Shown: one piece after another, positions 29,081 through 39,758 of the stretch
Layout of the letters: each line of letters begins with the position of its first letter
Position numbering within the stretch: position 1 is the first letter of the stretch
NCBI GenBank assembly: GCA_963665815.1
Contig: OY762463.1
Coordinates: 2,400,001 to 2,464,000, forward strand
Length of the DNA: 64,000 bases
From: Candidatus Cloacimonadales bacterium
GTDB lineage: Bacteria; Cloacimonadota; Cloacimonadia; Cloacimonadales; JAIOQZ01
Direction of reading: 5' to 3'
Program-made: the position numbers and the translations under genes
The notes under the pieces: model-generated
Told to the model about the DNA's origin: nothing
Database searches by the model: none
The model's input: the letters and a program-made list of their open reading frames with translations, nothing else

Positions 29081-29091
29081 GTTGGTAAAAG

Positions 29092-29442
29092 ATGAAATCT
29101 ACAGAGATTACAGCAGACGTGTTCAAGGCACTTGGTGATCCAACCAGACTTAAGATTCTGAAACTGATTGTTTCCAGAGAGAATCGAGTCTGTGTGGGTA
29201 TGATTGCCAAGTATCTTAATATCAGTCAACCTGCTGTATCTCAACACCTGAAAGTTCTCAAAATCGCAGGAATAGTAGAAGCTCTTCGCGAAGGCTTCCA
29301 CATGCACTATTCTGTCTGCAGCACAGCTCTTAAAGAACAGGGGATAGATATATTTGCATTACTGGATACTTTCGGTTCTGAACTCGACTTTTCTTGCAAT
29401 TGCCATCATCATTCAGGTAAAGGAAACTGCCATCATGAATGA
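29092..29442 (+). CDS. ArsR/SmtB-family metalloregulator with Cys/His-rich tail
   Basis: FKALGDPTRLKIL, CVG and SQPAVSQHLKVLK motifs; C-terminal CNCHHHSGKGNCHHE. Confidence 0.93.
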   Translation: MKSTEITADVFKALGDPTRLKILKLIVSRENRVCVGMIAKYLNISQPAVSQHLKVLKIAGIVEALREGFHMHYSVCSTALKEQGIDIFALLDTFGSELDFSCNCHHHSGKGNCHHE

Positions 29443-29462
29443 TGTCTTTTTTTTGCACAGCA

Positions 29463-29535
29463 TATATAAGTTTATACTTATATAACTAAATATAGATATT
29501 TTTTTTAATTAATAATATAAGTTAATACTAATATA
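29463..29535. promoter_or_regulatory. ArsR-type operator palindromes 2 and 3
   Basis: TATATAAG-tttata-CTTATATA (29463-29484) and AATATAAG-ttaata-CTAATATA (29514-29535). Confidence 0.7.
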
Positions 29536-29551
29536 ATTATAAGGAGATTGT

Positions 29552-29839
29552 ATGAAAGCTTGTAAAATTAAATTTGAAGCCTTAGACGTAAGATCTGAGA
29601 CCGGTGATTGTGGGGGATTGGCTAAAACAAAGCAGGGAGAATCATTCATCATGGACGGGCGAACACCTGCCGGATGTGGAATGTGTTCAAATGCATTCTG
29701 TGCCCTCAGTAACGCTGCTTTCGTAATGATGGCTACAGACAGCAAATTAACCGGTAAGGATGGTTACATAGACAGAATCTGCCCTCATGGAACAGTAACT
29801 TTCAGAATATCAAGAATAAACTCAGCTGAGATAAAATAA
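29552..29839 (+). CDS. Small Cys-containing protein, TIGR04076-like
   Basis: G.C...G..F....TP.GCGMC..AF..L and CP.G.VTFRISRI pattern; AAGGAG RBS. Confidence 0.7.
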   Translation: MKACKIKFEALDVRSETGDCGGLAKTKQGESFIMDGRTPAGCGMCSNAFCALSNAAFVMMATDSKLTGKDGYIDRICPHGTVTFRISRINSAEIK

Positions 29840-29855
29840 AAAAAGGAGAATACTT

Positions 29856-30065
29856 ATGAATTGTCATCATGGACATCATTCAGAAAAATCACACCACGGA
29901 AAACATGGGCATCACGGTCATGGCGAAAACTGCTGCTGCAGTAGCGAGAATCCATTATTATGGACTAAAAAGAAGAAGATTGAACTGCTTCAGCACAAGC
30001 TTGAATGTCTTGAAAAACAGAAACAGGAAATTCAGGAAGCACTTGACGAACTGAACCAGGATTAA
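29856..30065 (+). CDS. Small His/Cys-rich protein with C-terminal coiled coil
   Basis: MNCHHGHHSEKSHHGKHGHHGHGENCCCSS followed by heptad repeats; AAGGAG RBS. Confidence 0.8.
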   Translation: MNCHHGHHSEKSHHGKHGHHGHGENCCCSSENPLLWTKKKKIELLQHKLECLEKQKQEIQEALDELNQD

Positions 30066-30095
30066 TCAGCCTATGACTTCTTAATCTCTTACATT

Positions 30096-30146
30096 AAGCC
30101 GGAACCGACTTTTCATAAACATGAAATAGTTCTTCCGGCTTTTTTT
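30096..30146 (+). terminator. Probable intrinsic terminator
   Basis: AAGCCGGAA...TTCCGGCTT followed by a T-run, between convergent genes. Confidence 0.6.
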
Positions 30147-32139
30147 ACGTCAACTCCCGCTTATAGTTAAAGGAAGTAGATCCTGAGATTACTCCATTCG
30201 ATTTAACGGCCTTTAAAACTTCTTTCAATTCGCTTTTGGAAGGATCAGTATAAGAAAAGTCTATCAGGAATCGCTTATAACCTATTTTCTTCAATTTATT
30301 CATATAGTGAATATGTGAAACAGGAATTCCCGGAGTTGTTATTGTCATTCCATCCCTGTTAATAATATTCATCGTTTTGCTTCTGTCTTTAAATTCATGT
30401 TTATTTACCGGAACACGTGAAATAAAAAGTTCAGGATAGAAGTAAACAGGTATGATCCCCCGTCTGTCAGACATACTTGTTATGTTAGGATAATCATTCT
30501 CAATCGGAAGCACATAGTCATTTATACCTTCATCAGCAAGGAAACTAATCGTTGCATCATTCATGCAGTATACTTTTTCACCTGATATAATAGTACATTT
30601 ATCTGAGATAAGCTGTTTCTGAGAAATATGCTGAATCACAAAAAATCTGATTCCATTTTTAACAAGCTGCTTTAAAATTTTCCTGTAGTTATCAATTTTG
30701 CTTTCAGGAATAAACACAGGCAGCTCATAAGCAAATTTACCAATATTTTTTCGTAAAAATCCGGTCGTAAAATCTACATTATCGATTTCCTCAGGAGTAA
30801 ACTTCAGAATTATCCTGTTATAATCATCAATATTTATACGCCTGAGCCATTTGAAAGAATCGATTCTGACAATTAATTCTGCTTTCTTACATTTTCTGTT
30901 CAGAGCAATTTTCCGCTTAACAATCTGCAGCCTTTTCCCTGAGAATTTTGATATATTCTTATGCTCTGTCTTTATTTTGGAAGAGAAGTTCTGATTTCCG
31001 AGAGCAGTCAGGAATATCTTATCACCGGGTTTACTATCTGATTCAGGGCTCTCAATTGTCACATAATCGCCTGCTTCGGCATTGTTGACATTCTTACCTC
31101 TAACAAGCATAGATTTGATTTTGATAGCTTTGGAGTCCATCCCATCCTGAGTTTGAACCCGGATTCTGTTACCCTTTTCCAATGGATATTCCGTTCTGAA
31201 AGATATGTCTGAGCCCGACGATTTTTCTATGATGCCTGTTTCAATCCCCGTGAAAGAGTCAGCAAGAACAACATCCTTTATCGTCTCTCCCATGAAGAAC
31301 TCGGTTTTCTTTCTGCCAAAGTCGAACTCAACCTGTTGTCTTGCAACTTCAAGAACATTATCTTCTCCGGGATTATCCAGAACGCTTCTATATGCTTTCG
31401 CTACCCTGTAAACGTATTCAGCGGATTTCATTCTGCCTTCCACTTTTATGGATGCAATACCAAGCTTTCTGAATTTCTCAATATGATGAATTACCTCGAG
31501 ATCACTGAGATTAAACAGATATTCATCATCTTTATTTCCGTCTGCAATGTACTTTCTCCGACAGGGCTGTCTGCATTCTCCCCGATTGGCACTTTTTCCA
31601 CCAAGATAGCTACTGTACAGACAGTACCCTGAAAAAGAATAACAGAGTGCACCATGCACAAATATCTCCAGTTCAATATTGCTTTTGCCTGCAATAGTTT
31701 CTATTTCCCTAAGAGTAAGTTCACGAGATAAAATTACTCGCTCAAATCCCTTTTTCAAGATGAATCCGGTTCCGATAGAGTTATGTATCCCCATCTGAGT
31801 ACTGGCATGGATTACAAGCTGAGGAAAATAATCTTTCATCAGTTTATAGATACCCCAATCCTGAATAATCACTGCATCAACAGGAATCTGAGTCAGAGCT
31901 TGAAGAGTGTGCATCAGTTCGGAGATTTCGTTTTGCTTAAGCAAAGTATTTATTGTAACATATATCTTAACGTTGTTCGTTCTGGCAATCCCTGTCATCG
32001 CATTAAGCTGAGACAATGAGAAGTTCATTGCTCTGGACCTGGCACTGAACTTCTTGAGTCCCAGATAAACAGCATCTGCTCCGCCTTCTACGGCAGCATG
32101 AAAACTTTCAATGTTTCCCGAAGGAAGAAGTAGTTCCAT
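30145..32139 (-). CDS. U32 peptidase-family protein (RNA hydroxylase RlhA/TrhP-like)
   Basis: ELLLPSG, GADAVYLG, HASTQM, EIFVHGALC.SFSG.C, NRGECRQPCR and KVEGRMK motifs. Confidence 0.92.
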   Translation of the reverse strand: MELLLPSGNIESFHAAVEGGADAVYLGLKKFSARSRAMNFSLSQLNAMTGIARTNNVKIYVTINTLLKQNEISELMHTLQALTQIPVDAVIIQDWGIYKLMKDYFPQLVIHASTQMGIHNSIGTGFILKKGFERVILSRELTLREIETIAGKSNIELEIFVHGALCYSFSGYCLYSSYLGGKSANRGECRQPCRRKYIADGNKDDEYLFNLSDLEVIHHIEKFRKLGIASIKVEGRMKSAEYVYRVAKAYRSVLDNPGEDNVLEVARQQVEFDFGRKKTEFFMGETIKDVVLADSFTGIETGIIEKSSGSDISFRTEYPLEKGNRIRVQTQDGMDSKAIKIKSMLVRGKNVNNAEAGDYVTIESPESDSKPGDKIFLTALGNQNFSSKIKTEHKNISKFSGKRLQIVKRKIALNRKCKKAELIVRIDSFKWLRRINIDDYNRIILKFTPEEIDNVDFTTGFLRKNIGKFAYELPVFIPESKIDNYRKILKQLVKNGIRFFVIQHISQKQLISDKCTIISGEKVYCMNDATISFLADEGINDYVLPIENDYPNITSMSDRRGIIPVYFYPELFISRVPVNKHEFKDRSKTMNIINRDGMTITTPGIPVSHIHYMNKLKKIGYKRFLIDFSYTDPSKSELKEVLKAVKSNGVISGSTSFNYKRELT

Positions 32140-32265
32140 TATTTGTTCCTGTCATTTTAGATTATACTGAATTTCAGTATTATTTTAGAACTTAATAAAA
32201 TAATATATATTTTGTGTCAAATCACTATTGACAATTAAATAAAAAGAGTATAAATTTAGTAAAAT

Positions 32266-33684
32266 ATGAATAAAATACTATTGTTACTGCTTTGCTTTGT
32301 CATTATCGCCTGTGCTATGCAGATCGGTGAAGAAAAGCTTAAAGATAAAAAAGGCAAAAAAGCCTTAAAAAACATGCAGCCTGTGCAGAATAAATTTGTC
32401 ATAGGGGTTTCTACCTGGCAGGAATCTGAGAGTGAAGCTTTGCAGTCTGCCATGCTCAATGCACGTATTCAGATTGTTGAAAGTCTGGGACTCAAAGTTG
32501 AGATCAGATCTTTTGAGCAGGTTAAAGGATCAACCGGAAGCATGAATATTGACAAGAAGCTTGATCTGAGGTCGTCTATTTACGCAAAAAGTATATTGTC
32601 TACAGAATACAATCAGTACTACACAGAAAAATGGATGGAGCAGGCACAGGATGGTATCAGATACAAATACAAATCCTGGGTGAAAATTGAATTCTCCAAA
32701 GAGAAGCATAAACAATACTGGCTGGGATTTCTCAGGGATGCAAATGCAAAATTCACCATGAAACTCAGCGAATGCAGATCAAACACAGATGAGGCTGAAA
32801 AGATTTCTGCTCTGATGAATTTATTAAAATCTTACTATGATACGGAAAAGGATTTCTCAGACAATTTCTGGTTAGTCAGAGAAGAGTTATACAATAAGTT
32901 TATTGTGACCGGTAAAGAAATATCCGAAGAGATTATGTCTGAGATGAATAATGTCAGAATTATTGTTGATTCCCTCAGAGATGACAATTTCGTTATGCGA
33001 GTAAACTATCATGATAAACCTCTCAGAAATTATCCCGTATACATATCTTCTCCCGAGCTCGAACTGGATCATAATTTTATCTCTGGAAGAAAAGGTGAAA
33101 TTCTTATTCCTGTACATTTCAAAGATGCTCGAAATGCAGATGTAAGAGTTTATGCCGGATTGAAAGAGATTGCTGACAGGAATGCGATTATAATACCGGA
33201 TCAAAGATTCTGTATTGTTTCTCCGCTTAACAAAGCAGGGTTCGTTGTAGGGATTAAGATGAATCCTGAAAGCTATGGTATCGAATTCAGGGATACTATT
33301 CTTAAAAACTTTAAGGATCAGGGATTTACAGTTAAACTTGGAGAAAGTACTGATAAAGGTTATCAGATTACATGCGATATCAGTACAGAATTCCAGAAAT
33401 CATTGAAATCATATCCTGGCTACATAATTTCAAAATCGTTTTATGATATAAAAGTTGTACGTGTTCCGGATCAGGAAATAATATACACGTATAGTATTCC
33501 TAATGACAGATACAGAGATACAAGAGGATTTGGCTTGACTGAAAAAAAATCGGTAACTAATGCTGTTAATCTCAAGAATCTATCGTTAAAGAATGATTTT
33601 TTCAGTATTACCATGCGAAATATAAACGAATATATTGAAAGAGATATAAAAGAAAGAACAGGTGTTATGAAGATTAATCAATGA
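32266..33684 (+). CDS. Hypothetical lipoprotein (LPP20-like N-terminal region)
   Basis: Possible lipobox IIAC; 'A..SA..NAR.QI...L...V' resembles LPP20; TTGACA-N17-TAAATT upstream. Confidence 0.6.
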   Translation: MNKILLLLLCFVIIACAMQIGEEKLKDKKGKKALKNMQPVQNKFVIGVSTWQESESEALQSAMLNARIQIVESLGLKVEIRSFEQVKGSTGSMNIDKKLDLRSSIYAKSILSTEYNQYYTEKWMEQAQDGIRYKYKSWVKIEFSKEKHKQYWLGFLRDANAKFTMKLSECRSNTDEAEKISALMNLLKSYYDTEKDFSDNFWLVREELYNKFIVTGKEISEEIMSEMNNVRIIVDSLRDDNFVMRVNYHDKPLRNYPVYISSPELELDHNFISGRKGEILIPVHFKDARNADVRVYAGLKEIADRNAIIIPDQRFCIVSPLNKAGFVVGIKMNPESYGIEFRDTILKNFKDQGFTVKLGESTDKGYQITCDISTEFQKSLKSYPGYIISKSFYDIKVVRVPDQEIIYTYSIPNDRYRDTRGFGLTEKKSVTNAVNLKNLSLKNDFFSITMRNINEYIERDIKERTGVMKINQ

Positions 33685-33815
33685 GAGTGCTTTGCATAAT
33701 AGCATTACTATTCAGTTTTGCCTTTATTGATTCGTGAAACTAAATAATTTCATCAACTAATCAAATTATGCAAAAATCTTAATGATTTTTTATAAACAGT
33801 AAATAAGGAGTGATT

Positions 33816-34529
33816 ATGTTAAATCTTGAAAAAAGATTACAGGAATTTGAGGGAGGAAAAATTCTTGATGTAGCCACCGGAAGAGGTGAATTTATTCACT
33901 TTCTGGTTCATACAATCAAGTCGTTCGATGAAATAGTAGGAATTGATATTACAGATATGGCTTTCAGGGAAATTATGGGCTTTTTCGAAGATCATGCGGT
34001 AAAACTCCATAAGATGGATGCATATAAAATGGATTTCCGTGATGAGACATTTGATACTGTATGCCTTTCAAATTCTATTCATCATTTTAATGATGTAGAT
34101 AAAGTTTTCTCAGAAATGAAACGAATCCTTAAACCAGGTGGAAATTTTGTTATTCAGGAAATGGTTTGTGATGACAGCCAGACTGAACAGCAGAAATCTC
34201 ATATAATGCTGCACCATTGGTTTGCAAAAATTGATATGATGAATAATCGTTATCATGATCATACATGTACAAAAGAGCAGCTCTGGGAGCAAATTGACGC
34301 AATAGGACTTTCTGAATATGAAAAATTTGAGTATACTCCTGAGATGAAAGAACCTATGAGTGAAGAAGGTATAAACAGATATATTCATCTTACGGATCAG
34401 GTTATATCAAACTTCAGGAATTCAGATAATTATTGCGCATTAAATAAAGAAAAGGAAATTATTCAGGAACATATCAGAAAAAACGGATTTGCTCCGGCTG
34501 ATATGATATTCCTCATGGGGAAGAAATAG
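33816..34529 (+). CDS. Class I SAM-dependent methyltransferase
   Basis: ILDVATGRG, VGIDI, FDTV and RILKPGG motifs. ATG 33816 follows AAGGAG. Confidence 0.9.
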   Translation: MLNLEKRLQEFEGGKILDVATGRGEFIHFLVHTIKSFDEIVGIDITDMAFREIMGFFEDHAVKLHKMDAYKMDFRDETFDTVCLSNSIHHFNDVDKVFSEMKRILKPGGNFVIQEMVCDDSQTEQQKSHIMLHHWFAKIDMMNNRYHDHTCTKEQLWEQIDAIGLSEYEKFEYTPEMKEPMSEEGINRYIHLTDQVISNFRNSDNYCALNKEKEIIQEHIRKNGFAPADMIFLMGKK

Positions 34530-35210
34530 ATGATATTCATTTTAAACACAATTATTGATAACGCCGGAAGTATTAAATTCGACAAAACTATCACCAGAAT
34601 AATGAAAGAAGCTGAAAAAGAATTCAAGATAATCTATCTGAATGAGTTCAATAAAGACTTCGATTTCAGTGATTACACTCACCTTTTAATCTCGGGATCA
34701 GGTCTTTCTGCCTGCAAAGTAAATCCTGATGATGAAAAGCTGTTTTATATCGTCGATCACTTTGTGAAAGCTGACAAAAGAGTCCTGGGAATCTGCTACG
34801 GTCACCAGATGCTCTCAGCATACCTCTATGGACGTCAGACAGTTCGCAAAGCTGAACATGGAGAAATATGTCTGATAGAACTGAAATTCAAGGAAGATGA
34901 GTTGTTTGAGGGGATCAAAGAAACAATTACATTGTCTGCTCATTTTGATGAAATTTTTAATATTCCTGAGACATCACCAATTTTATGCTCATCCAAAAAC
35001 TGTTCAGTGCAGGCATTCAGACATGGAAACAAAAAAATATGGGGCATTCAGTTCCACCCGGAACACAACTTTGATGAAGCTGTTGACTCTGTTGTTAAAG
35101 CTAAACTCAAGTACACTGATCTTAATGTATTCCCGGAATCTCCATCTGATGTTGACGAAGAAAAATATAATAATAATTGTATAATAATTAAAAACTTTGT
35201 AAATTTATAA
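34530..35210 (+). CDS. Type 1 glutamine amidotransferase (GMP-synthase GATase-like)
   Basis: LGICYGHQ and GIQFHPE catalytic motifs. Confidence 0.9.
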   Translation: MIFILNTIIDNAGSIKFDKTITRIMKEAEKEFKIIYLNEFNKDFDFSDYTHLLISGSGLSACKVNPDDEKLFYIVDHFVKADKRVLGICYGHQMLSAYLYGRQTVRKAEHGEICLIELKFKEDELFEGIKETITLSAHFDEIFNIPETSPILCSSKNCSVQAFRHGNKKIWGIQFHPEHNFDEAVDSVVKAKLKYTDLNVFPESPSDVDEEKYNNNCIIIKNFVNL

Positions 35211-35218
35211 TTCATGTG

Positions 35219-35244
35219 CAGGCTGATGATTATTCGTCAGCCTG
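35219..35244. terminator. Hairpin, probable terminator
   Basis: CAGGCTGATGA-TTAT-TCGTCAGCCTG. Confidence 0.55.
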
Positions 35245-35304
35245 TTGTTCATTTCTCCATATTGTGCGGTTATTGCACTCCTAAAACAAACAAAAAGGTA
35301 CATA

Positions 35305-38271
35305 ATGCACTTAAATGAAGTAACTTACTATTTTAACAAATTCAAATTCGGTGAAGACAATTTCCACAATCTGATGAGTTACCATGTTCAGGAGATACTC
35401 ATTGTATCTTCGTTCTATGACGCATTCATATTCGAACAGGATGGGAAACTTTCAGAAAAGATCTTTGGTGAGTACAGACAGCTCAATCTCAGTAAAGCTC
35501 CCCGAATAACCAGTGTTCCTACCGGTGAAGAAGCTTTGAATATAATGAAAAAAGTGGATTTTGATATGGTAATTACGAGAACACGGATCGGAGAAATTAC
35601 CGCACATGAACTTAGTAAGGAGATTCATAACAAGTATCCTGAAATTCCGGTTTTATTGTTACTGAATGATAATGAGCTTCAATATACTGATAAGTCTGAT
35701 CCTGATATGCAGTACTTTGAAAATCTGTTCTTCTGGACCGGTGACAGTAACATATTTCTTACTATGATTAAGTATGTTGAGGACAGAAAGAACCTTGAAT
35801 ACGATACATCCCTTGGACTCGTACAGGTTATACTACTTGTTGAAGACTCAATAGCATTCTATTCCAGATATTTCCCTCTTTTATACTCTATTGTGGTGCG
35901 ACAAACACAGCACCTGATTAAGCAGGAACTGAATGATAACGACAAAATGCTGAGAATGCGTGCCAGACCAAAGGTTATCATGTGTCACACATATGACGAC
36001 GCAATGAATCTCTACGAACAATACAAAGATAATATTATAGCCATAATTTCTGATGTAAGCTACCCATGTAATGGTAAAATGGAAGATTTTGCGGGAATCA
36101 ACCTTTTGACTAAGCTGAAGAAAGAAAATCCGTATGTATCATTTCTTCTTCAATCACATGATATCGAGAATAAAGAATATGCTGATAAGATTGGTGTATC
36201 TTTCCTGCATAAAAACTCTCCAACCCTGCTTTCCGATCTAAGACATTTTGTTGTTAAAAGACTAGGTTATGGCGACTTTATATTCAGGGACTCAAAAGGT
36301 AAAAAGCTGATGCGTGCTTCAACTTTAAGTGATTTCAAACAAAAGCTGCTGCAGGCTCCTGATGATTCTATTCTATACCACAGTAAGATGAATGACTTTT
36401 CTACCTGGCTGCAGGCTCACGGTGCATTTCTGATTGCAAAAGAACTAAGGTGCCTGAAAATTAAAGATTTCCGATCAGTAAATGAAATCCGCAGTTATCT
36501 GAATGATATTTTTCAAGAAGTTCAAAATTTAAAAAATCGTGGAAAAATTATAAGTTACAATAAAGAAATTATTGATCAGGATGACTGTGTAGTCAGACTT
36601 GCAGATGGCTCTCTTGGAGGTAAGGGTAGGGGACTCGCTTTTCTTAATGCTCTTCTTGTATCAATGGAATATGAGAACAAATATCAGGGAGTAAGAATAA
36701 AGATACCCCGCACTTTCATTATCGGAACCGATGAGTTTGATAAATTCGTGGAGACAAACAACATCTCATCCAAAATAGCGGAACTAAGTGACGATGAGAT
36801 TGAAACAAAATTCCTTAAGTCTCATCTTTCGCCTGAATTGAAAGACACATTATATGAGATGATGGAGTATTACAGAACTCCTTTTGCCGTCAGATCGTCA
36901 GGTTTACTGGAAGACTCTCAGGCACAGCCCTTTGCAGGAATTTACAGAACATACCTTATTCCGAATAATCATCAGCATCTGTATGAAAGATTTAAGCACA
37001 TCACTGATGCTATTAAGCTGGTATATGCTTCTGTTTTTCTCAGCGAAACGAGAAAATATATTGAAAGCATTAACTATAAACTGGAAGATGAAAAAATGGC
37101 TGTTGTGATTCAGCAGGTTGCAGGAGAAAAGCATGATAGTTATTTTTATCCGCATATCTCCGGAGTTGCACAATCATATAATTACTACCCGGTAAAGGGC
37201 TTCACTGCAACAGATGGAATAGCTTCCGTTGCAATTGGACTTGGAAAAACAGTTGTAGATGGAGAACGCACATTTAAATTCGTTCCGGGACAGCCAAAGC
37301 GAGACATACTTTCAACTGATGAAATGATGAGATCAACTCAGAAAAAAGCTTATGTTCTGGATATGAAGAACTCAAATGGTAAGCTCTCGAATGGGGAAAA
37401 AGAAACCTATGCACATCTGCGTATTCGCGAACTTCAGAGTCACAACACTTTAAGTAAACTTGTATCAGTCTGGGATTATACCAACGAGCGTCTTGTGGAT
37501 GATATTAAAGCTAAGGGACCTGTTGTTGTAACTTTCTCCAGCATTCTTAAGTATGATGTCTTCCCTCTTGCAAAAATAATTAAGGATATGCTTGATATTG
37601 GTCAGATCGCCATGGGTGCACCTGTTGAAATAGAGTTTGCCGTAAATCTGCAAAAGTATGGGTCACAAAAACGCCCAATTTTCTATCTGCTACAGATCAG
37701 ACCTCTTACAGTCAATGAACAGGAATATTCGATTCCTGACGACTTAAGGAACCCGGAAAATACTGTATTCTATTCAACTAAATCCATGGGGAACGGTATT
37801 CATAAGAATGTCCAGGACTTTATAATTGTAGACCCTGATCTGTATGATCCTAACAAAACTATGGAAATATCAGAAGAAATTGAGATTCTTAACACAGAGA
37901 TGATAGAAGAAGGCAAAAAGTATGTACTGATTGGTCCGGGACGCTGGGGTACAAGGGACAGGTTCCTTGGTGTACCTGTTCGTTGGGATCAGATCAGCAA
38001 CTCAGAAGTCATAATTGAAGTAACGAAAGAGGAATACGCTATTGATTCATCTCAGGGAACTCATTTCTTTCATAATCTCATATCTCAACAGGTAGGTTAT
38101 GTTTCTATCCCACACAACTCCGAATCAGACTATATGAATTGGGAAAGGGTGACATCAGGTACTTTGATCAGAGAATTGAAATATTGTAAACATTATAGAT
38201 TGGTAGAACAGGTAGACATCATAATCGACGGTAAGAATGGTGAATCTCTGGCATTCTTTAAGAATTGTTGA
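35305..38271 (+). CDS. Receiver-like domains fused to a PPDK_N (PEP/pyruvate-binding, ATP-grasp) domain; gdhA-associated
   Basis: ILLVEDS receiver-like segments; GSLGGKGRGLAF, AVRSSGLLED, FAGIY, EKMAVVIQ, SGVAQS, VEIEFA and LLQIRP. ATG 35305 preferred as start. Confidence 0.85.
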   Translation: MHLNEVTYYFNKFKFGEDNFHNLMSYHVQEILIVSSFYDAFIFEQDGKLSEKIFGEYRQLNLSKAPRITSVPTGEEALNIMKKVDFDMVITRTRIGEITAHELSKEIHNKYPEIPVLLLLNDNELQYTDKSDPDMQYFENLFFWTGDSNIFLTMIKYVEDRKNLEYDTSLGLVQVILLVEDSIAFYSRYFPLLYSIVVRQTQHLIKQELNDNDKMLRMRARPKVIMCHTYDDAMNLYEQYKDNIIAIISDVSYPCNGKMEDFAGINLLTKLKKENPYVSFLLQSHDIENKEYADKIGVSFLHKNSPTLLSDLRHFVVKRLGYGDFIFRDSKGKKLMRASTLSDFKQKLLQAPDDSILYHSKMNDFSTWLQAHGAFLIAKELRCLKIKDFRSVNEIRSYLNDIFQEVQNLKNRGKIISYNKEIIDQDDCVVRLADGSLGGKGRGLAFLNALLVSMEYENKYQGVRIKIPRTFIIGTDEFDKFVETNNISSKIAELSDDEIETKFLKSHLSPELKDTLYEMMEYYRTPFAVRSSGLLEDSQAQPFAGIYRTYLIPNNHQHLYERFKHITDAIKLVYASVFLSETRKYIESINYKLEDEKMAVVIQQVAGEKHDSYFYPHISGVAQSYNYYPVKGFTATDGIASVAIGLGKTVVDGERTFKFVPGQPKRDILSTDEMMRSTQKKAYVLDMKNSNGKLSNGEKETYAHLRIRELQSHNTLSKLVSVWDYTNERLVDDIKAKGPVVVTFSSILKYDVFPLAKIIKDMLDIGQIAMGAPVEIEFAVNLQKYGSQKRPIFYLLQIRPLTVNEQEYSIPDDLRNPENTVFYSTKSMGNGIHKNVQDFIIVDPDLYDPNKTMEISEEIEILNTEMIEEGKKYVLIGPGRWGTRDRFLGVPVRWDQISNSEVIIEVTKEEYAIDSSQGTHFFHNLISQQVGYVSIPHNSESDYMNWERVTSGTLIRELKYCKHYRLVEQVDIIIDGKNGESLAFFKNC

Positions 38272-38395
38272 TTGCGTATTTTCCGTATTGGTAGTATTTT
38301 AAGAATTTTTTGTAAAAAAAAGACAGGATAATATTGACAAACTTATCTTTAAAATCGGAATGTGGCTTAAACGTAATATAAATACGGAGGATACT

Positions 38396-39730
38396 ATGAC
38401 TATTAATGAATTTATGGCGAAAATTGAAGCCAAAAATCCGGCACAACCGGAATTTCTTCAGGCTGTGCGTGAAGTTGTTGAGTCTATCTGGGATGTTTAT
38501 CAAAACAATCCACGTTACTTAGCTGCTAACATTCTTGAAAGAATAGTTGAACCTGAAAGAGCAATTACTTTCCGCGTACCATGGGTTGATGACAATGGTA
38601 AGGTTCAAGTAAACAGAGGATATCGTGTTGAATTTAACAGCGCTATCGGACCTTACAAGGGTGGTCTTCGTTTTCACCCTAGCGTAACCCTCTCAATCCT
38701 TAAGTTCCTTGGATTCGAGCAGATCTTTAAAAACAGTCTTACTACACTCCCTATGGGTGGTGGTAAAGGTGGATCTGACTTTGACGCTAAAGGTAAATCT
38801 GACATGGAAATCATGAGATTCTGCCAAGCGTTCATGTCTGAACTTTTCCGTCACATCGGACCTGATACTGACGTTCCAGCTGGTGACATCGGTGTTGGTG
38901 GCCGCGAAATCGGTTACATGTTCGGTATGTACAAAAAATTAAGAAATGAATTCACAGGTGTTCTTACCGGTAAAGGTATTAAATGGGGCGGTTCATTAAT
39001 CAGACCTGAAGCTACAGGTTTTGGTGCTGTTTACTTCGCTCAGGAAATGCTTAAAACTAAAGGTGAAACATTTGAAGGTAAAGTATGTGCTGTTTCCGGT
39101 TTCGGTAATGTTGCATGGGGTGCTTGCCAAAAAATTCATGAATTAGGTGGAAAAGTCGTAACACTCTCAGGACCTGACGGATACGTTTACGATCCAGCAG
39201 GAATATTCGGAGAAAAAGTTGACTTCATGCTTGAGATGCGTGCTTCTAATAACGATACAGTTAAAGATTACGCTGACGAGTTTGGTGTTGAATTCTTCCC
39301 TGGAAAACGTCCTTGGGAACAAAAAGTTGACGTTGCTCTTCCATGTGCTACTCAAAACGAACTTGATGGTTCAGATGCAGAAAAACTTATTGCTAATGGC
39401 GTAATGGCTATTGCTGAAGGTGCTAACATGCCTTGTACTCCTGAAGCTGTTGAAGCATTCCAGAAAGCTAAAGTTCTCTTTGCTCCTGGTAAAGCTGCTA
39501 ACGCTGGCGGTGTTGCTACATCCGGACTTGAAATGTCTCAAAACTCAATGAGATACAGCTGGACTTCCGAAGAAGTTGATGCTAAACTCAATCACATTAT
39601 GGTTGAAATCCATAAAGCATGTGTTGAGTATGGTCGTGTTGACGATACATTTGTTGATTACGTACGTGGTGCAAACGTAGCCGGCTTCATTAAAGTTGCT
39701 GATGCTATGGTTGATCAAGGTATTGTATAA
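38396..39730 (+). CDS. gdhA: NAD(P)-specific glutamate dehydrogenase
   Basis: GPYKGGLRFH, GGGKGG, DVPAGD, RPEATG and GFGNV motifs; GGAGG RBS; codon usage typical of a highly expressed gene. Confidence 0.98.
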   Translation: MTINEFMAKIEAKNPAQPEFLQAVREVVESIWDVYQNNPRYLAANILERIVEPERAITFRVPWVDDNGKVQVNRGYRVEFNSAIGPYKGGLRFHPSVTLSILKFLGFEQIFKNSLTTLPMGGGKGGSDFDAKGKSDMEIMRFCQAFMSELFRHIGPDTDVPAGDIGVGGREIGYMFGMYKKLRNEFTGVLTGKGIKWGGSLIRPEATGFGAVYFAQEMLKTKGETFEGKVCAVSGFGNVAWGACQKIHELGGKVVTLSGPDGYVYDPAGIFGEKVDFMLEMRASNNDTVKDYADEFGVEFFPGKRPWEQKVDVALPCATQNELDGSDAEKLIANGVMAIAEGANMPCTPEAVEAFQKAKVLFAPGKAANAGGVATSGLEMSQNSMRYSWTSEEVDAKLNHIMVEIHKACVEYGRVDDTFVDYVRGANVAGFIKVADAMVDQGIV

Positions 39731-39758
39731 TACATTATTATATAGAATATACTAAACT

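Noticed and set aside
28074-29442. Selenocysteine read-through at TGA stops of the Cys-rich ORFs
   Set aside because: The proteins appear complete at the TGA, and no SECIS-like hairpin or conserved downstream frame is evident.
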